This document shows positions 61,221 to 64,000 of a stretch of DNA of 64,000 bases, one piece after another. The stretch is from assembly GCA_964408735.1 (NCBI GenBank), contig CAYPAX010000002.1, forward strand, positions 10,921-74,920, read 5' to 3'. Position numbers and translations under genes: made by a program. Origin of the DNA: an uncultured Rhodospirillaceae bacterium (GTDB lineage Bacteria > Pseudomonadota > Alphaproteobacteria > UBA7887). The notes under the pieces were generated by a model that was given only the letters and a program-made list of their open reading frames with translations, was not told where the DNA came from and ran no database searches. Every line of letters begins with the position of its first letter. Position 1 is the stretch's first letter.

Positions 61221-62015
61221 CTATTCGCCCTTGAAAACCGGCGCGCGCTTCTCGAGGAAGGCCTTGACGCCCTCGCGCCCGTCCGCGGTGGTGGTGGAAA
61301 CCCTCACCAGGGCGCGGGTCTCGCGCTCCATCTGGGATTCGAGCGTGTCGTTGGGCGCCGTCTGCAAGAGCGCCTTGACGCCGCCCATGGCCTCGGTCGG
61401 CCCCGCCGCAAGCTGCTCGGCGAGCGCCGTCACCTCCGCCGTGAGATCCGCCGCCGGCACGACCTTGTTGACCAGGCCCCAATCGAGCGCCTCGGCAGCA
61501 TCGAGGGTGCGGTTGGTCATGTAGAGCTCGGCGGCGCGCCGGGTGCCGATCAGGCGCGTGAGGAAATAGGTCGAGCTGCCGTCGGGCGTGAAGCCGAGCT
61601 TGGTATAGGCGCTGGTGAACTTGGCGTGGTCGGCGGCGATGGCGAGGTCGCAGAAGGCGACGACGCTCAAGCCCGCGCCTGCGGCGACGCCGTTGATGGC
61701 GGCGACCAGTGGCGCCCGCATCCAGGCGAAGCGGGAGACCGCGCCGTGCAGGTCGGTGGTCATCTCCTTGATGCGCATCTCGAGCTGCTCTGGCTCGACC
61801 GCGAAGCCGCCGACATCGCCGCCGGCGCAAAAGGCCTTGTCGCCCGTGCCCGTGAGCACTGCGGCGCGCACCCGCTTGTCGCTGCCGCAATGGTTGGCGA
61901 CATCGAGCAGTTCCTTGGCCATGGCCGTATTAAGCGCGTTGTACTGCTCGGGCCGAGTGAGGGTGATCCAGGCGATGTTGTCGCGGATATCCAGGTCGAG
62001 GGCGGTATAGGTCAT
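61221..62015 (-). CDS. Enoyl-CoA hydratase/isomerase family protein
   Basis: Crotonase motifs (AAVLTGTGDKAFCAGGDV). The start was moved to the ATG at 62015. Confidence 0.85.
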   Translation of the reverse strand: MTYTALDLDIRDNIAWITLTRPEQYNALNTAMAKELLDVANHCGSDKRVRAAVLTGTGDKAFCAGGDVGGFAVEPEQLEMRIKEMTTDLHGAVSRFAWMRAPLVAAINGVAAGAGLSVVAFCDLAIAADHAKFTSAYTKLGFTPDGSSTYFLTRLIGTRRAAELYMTNRTLDAAEALDWGLVNKVVPAADLTAEVTALAEQLAAGPTEAMGGVKALLQTAPNDTLESQMERETRALVRVSTTTADGREGVKAFLEKRAPVFKGE

Positions 62016-62857
62016 GAGGGCTCCGTTTCCTTGTTCGCGGCGCCGAAGAGGGGCTCGCGCTTTTCGACGAAGGCGCGCACCGCCTCCTTGTGGTCGTCGC
62101 TGGCCGCGGCTCGCAGCAGCCGTTCGGCCTCGCCGTCGAGCGCGGCGAGAAAGTCCTGTTCGGAGACAGCGTCGAGATTGTCCTTGATCAGCCCCAGCGC
62201 CTGACGCGGGCCGGCCCCGAGCCGCCTGGCGAAAGCGAAGGCCTCTTCGGCAAGCGATTCGCCGGGCACCACCCGGTTGACCAGGCCGATGCGCTCGCAA
62301 GTGGCGGCGTCGATGCGCTCGGCCGTGAACATCAGCTCGCGGGCGCGGGCGTTGCCGACGGCGCGGCTCAGGAGCCAGGCAATGCCGTAGTCGCCGCTGA
62401 GGCCGATACGGGCATAGCCGGTCGAGACGAAGGCGCTGTCGGCGGCAAGGCGGATGTCACAGGCGAGCGCGATGGCAAGTCCGGCCCCGGCGGCCGGGCC
62501 CGGCAGCGCCGCGATGGTGGGCTTGCGCAAAGCCACGAGCGCGCCGGTCAAGGTGCGCTGGCGCTGTCGCAGGTCGGCGACCTTGGCATCGAACGACAAC
62601 CCGCTGCCGATGCCGCTCTTGCTCATGCCCTTGACGTCGCCGCCCGCACAGAAGGCCGTGCCGGCGCCCGTCAGCAACACCGCGCCGACGGCATCATCCT
62701 CGGCGCAGTGGCGGATCATGCGGCGCAGCGCCGGCGTCAGCTCGTTGGACAGCGCATTGCGCGCTTGCGGCCGGTTCAGCGTGATGGTGGCAACGCCGTC
62801 CTGCAGCGCGCATAGCAGCTGATCGGTCCCTGTCTCGATGGCAATCGGCTCGGCCAA
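62012..62857 (-). CDS. Enoyl-CoA hydratase/isomerase family protein (second, in tandem)
   Basis: Crotonase motifs (AVLLTGAGTAFCAGGDV). The proposed start is TTG at 62855-62857, preceded by GGAGG. The long track ORF upstream would collide with the HxlR gene. Confidence 0.65.
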   Translation of the reverse strand: MAEPIAIETGTDQLLCALQDGVATITLNRPQARNALSNELTPALRRMIRHCAEDDAVGAVLLTGAGTAFCAGGDVKGMSKSGIGSGLSFDAKVADLRQRQRTLTGALVALRKPTIAALPGPAAGAGLAIALACDIRLAADSAFVSTGYARIGLSGDYGIAWLLSRAVGNARARELMFTAERIDAATCERIGLVNRVVPGESLAEEAFAFARRLGAGPRQALGLIKDNLDAVSEQDFLAALDGEAERLLRAAASDDHKEAVRAFVEKREPLFGAANKETEPS

Positions 62858-62992
62858 AGCACCCTCCCGTCCTCGGCGGCGACTATGCGCAAGCCCCGGC
62901 ACCGCCGCAAGTTCGAAATTTGAACTTTTGTTCCCGGCAATGATGCCGTAATGGTCTTTCCCGACCGCAACGCCACGGGAGGGAGCGCGGCA

Positions 62993-63460
62993 ATGGATGA
63001 GCAGGGCCGCCCTTACACCAGACTGAATTGCCCAATTGCCGATGCGCTTGGCATCATCGGCGACCGCTGGACATTGCTGATTCTGCGCGACGCCTTGGTC
63101 GGGGTGACCCGTTTCGAGACGTTCCAGCAACGCCTCGGGGTCTCGCGCAGCGTGCTGACGACGCGGCTCAAGCATCTGACCGACGCCGGTCTGCTCGACC
63201 GCAAGCCCCTGCGCCATGACGGTCGCCGACAGGAATATCTGCTCAGTGACAAAGGCTGGGCCATGCTGCCCGTCCTCGCCGCCTTGGCCGAATGGGGCGA
63301 GGCCTGGATGCCGCATGCCGACGGCCCGCGCGCCGAGCTTGTCGACCAACAGAGCGGCGATGCGGTATCGCTTCGTTTTTGCCGGGAAAGTGACGGCACC
63401 AAGGTGCCGGCGACATCCGTGCGCCTTGGCGCAGTCCAATCAGGAGAATACCTTCGATGA
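62993..63460 (+). CDS. HxlR-type (MarR-like) winged-helix transcriptional regulator
   Basis: Typical HxlR core reads CPIADALGIIGDRWTLLILRDALVGVTRFETFQQRLGVSRSVLTTRLKHL. Confidence 0.8.
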   Translation: MDEQGRPYTRLNCPIADALGIIGDRWTLLILRDALVGVTRFETFQQRLGVSRSVLTTRLKHLTDAGLLDRKPLRHDGRRQEYLLSDKGWAMLPVLAALAEWGEAWMPHADGPRAELVDQQSGDAVSLRFCRESDGTKVPATSVRLGAVQSGEYLR

Positions 63461-64000
63461 CACTGCCGCCCGTGCTTGATGGAACCCTGCGCATACCGGT
63501 GATCGGCGCGCCGCTGTTCATGATTTCCAACCCAAAACTGGTCATTGCCCAGTGCACCGCCGGCATCGTCGGCTCGTTCCCCGGCCTCAATGCGCGCCCG
63601 GCCGAGGCGCTCGACGACTGGCTGGCGGAGATCAAGGAGACCCTGGCGGCGCATGATGCGGCACACCCGCAGCGGCCCGCAGCGCCGTTCGCGCTGAACC
63701 AGATCGTGCACAAGTCGAACACCCGCCTCGACCACGACATGGAGATGTGCGTCAAGCACAAGGTACCCATCGTCATCACCTCGCTCGGCGCCCGCCCTGA
63801 AGTGTGCGACGCGGTGCATTCCTATGGCGGCATCGTGCTGCACGACATCATCAACATCCACTTCGCCCGCAAGGCGATCGAGAAAGGCGCCGACGGCCTG
63901 ATCGCGGTCTGCGCCGGGGCCGGGGGACACGCGGGCAGGCTGTCGCCATTCGCGCTGATCCAGGAGCTGCGCGAATGGTTCGACGGCCCGCTCGCCTTGT
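63457..64000 (+). CDS. Nitronate monooxygenase (NMO) family protein, 3'-truncated by the window end
   Basis: Reads IPVIGAPLFMISNPKLVIAQCTAGIVGSFP. Its ATGA start overlaps the HxlR stop. Confidence 0.75.
   Translation, partial: MTLPPVLDGTLRIPVIGAPLFMISNPKLVIAQCTAGIVGSFPGLNARPAEALDDWLAEIKETLAAHDAAHPQRPAAPFALNQIVHKSNTRLDHDMEMCVKHKVPIVITSLGARPEVCDAVHSYGGIVLHDIINIHFARKAIEKGADGLIAVCAGAGGHAGRLSPFALIQELREWFDGPLAL

Overview
This is a high-GC (about 65-68% by eye) alphaproteobacterial chromosome segment centred on the replication-initiation locus rpsT-dnaA-dnaN-recF-gyrB at about 21.9-29.0 kb. It is flanked by housekeeping genes: the 3' end of pnp, cysK, dut, coaBC, ubiB/ubiE, mutM, purA, hisZ, serA, serC, thiD and glmM. 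Accessory metabolism genes (SDRs, GSTs, crotonases, hydrolases, NMO-family enzymes) fill the rest. Five things stand out.

(1) There are three class III adenylate/guanylate cyclase paralogues (6576-10922 +, 52536-55718 +, 43340-45067 -). Two of them carry tandem ~404-aa sensor modules (three copies and two copies) and share a ~1.2 kb near-identical DNA segment 46 kb apart.

(2) A Fur-family (PerR-like) regulator sits upstream of a rubrerythrin, a CCG-domain Fe-S oxidoreductase and a DUF3501 protein, with a Per-box-like palindrome at the rubrerythrin promoter.

(3) A ~264-bp MITE-like element with 33-bp terminal inverted repeats is inserted precisely in an intergenic gap.

(4) A lower-GC three-gene operon at 58.3-60.6 kb encodes a PA-IIL/LecB-family calcium lectin, a 505-aa protein with a caspase/gingipain-like His-Gly...Cys dyad, and a 75-aa protein, all behind an AT-rich promoter region. 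This is the best candidate for an undescribed system.

(5) A cysK-ThiF/MoeB-DsrE-like sulfur cluster has no carrier-protein gene in it.

No rRNA, tRNA, CRISPR array or IS/transposase was recognised. The supplied ORF coordinates include the stop codon. Several starts were re-derived by hand from RBS context, and those changes are stated in the evidence for each feature.
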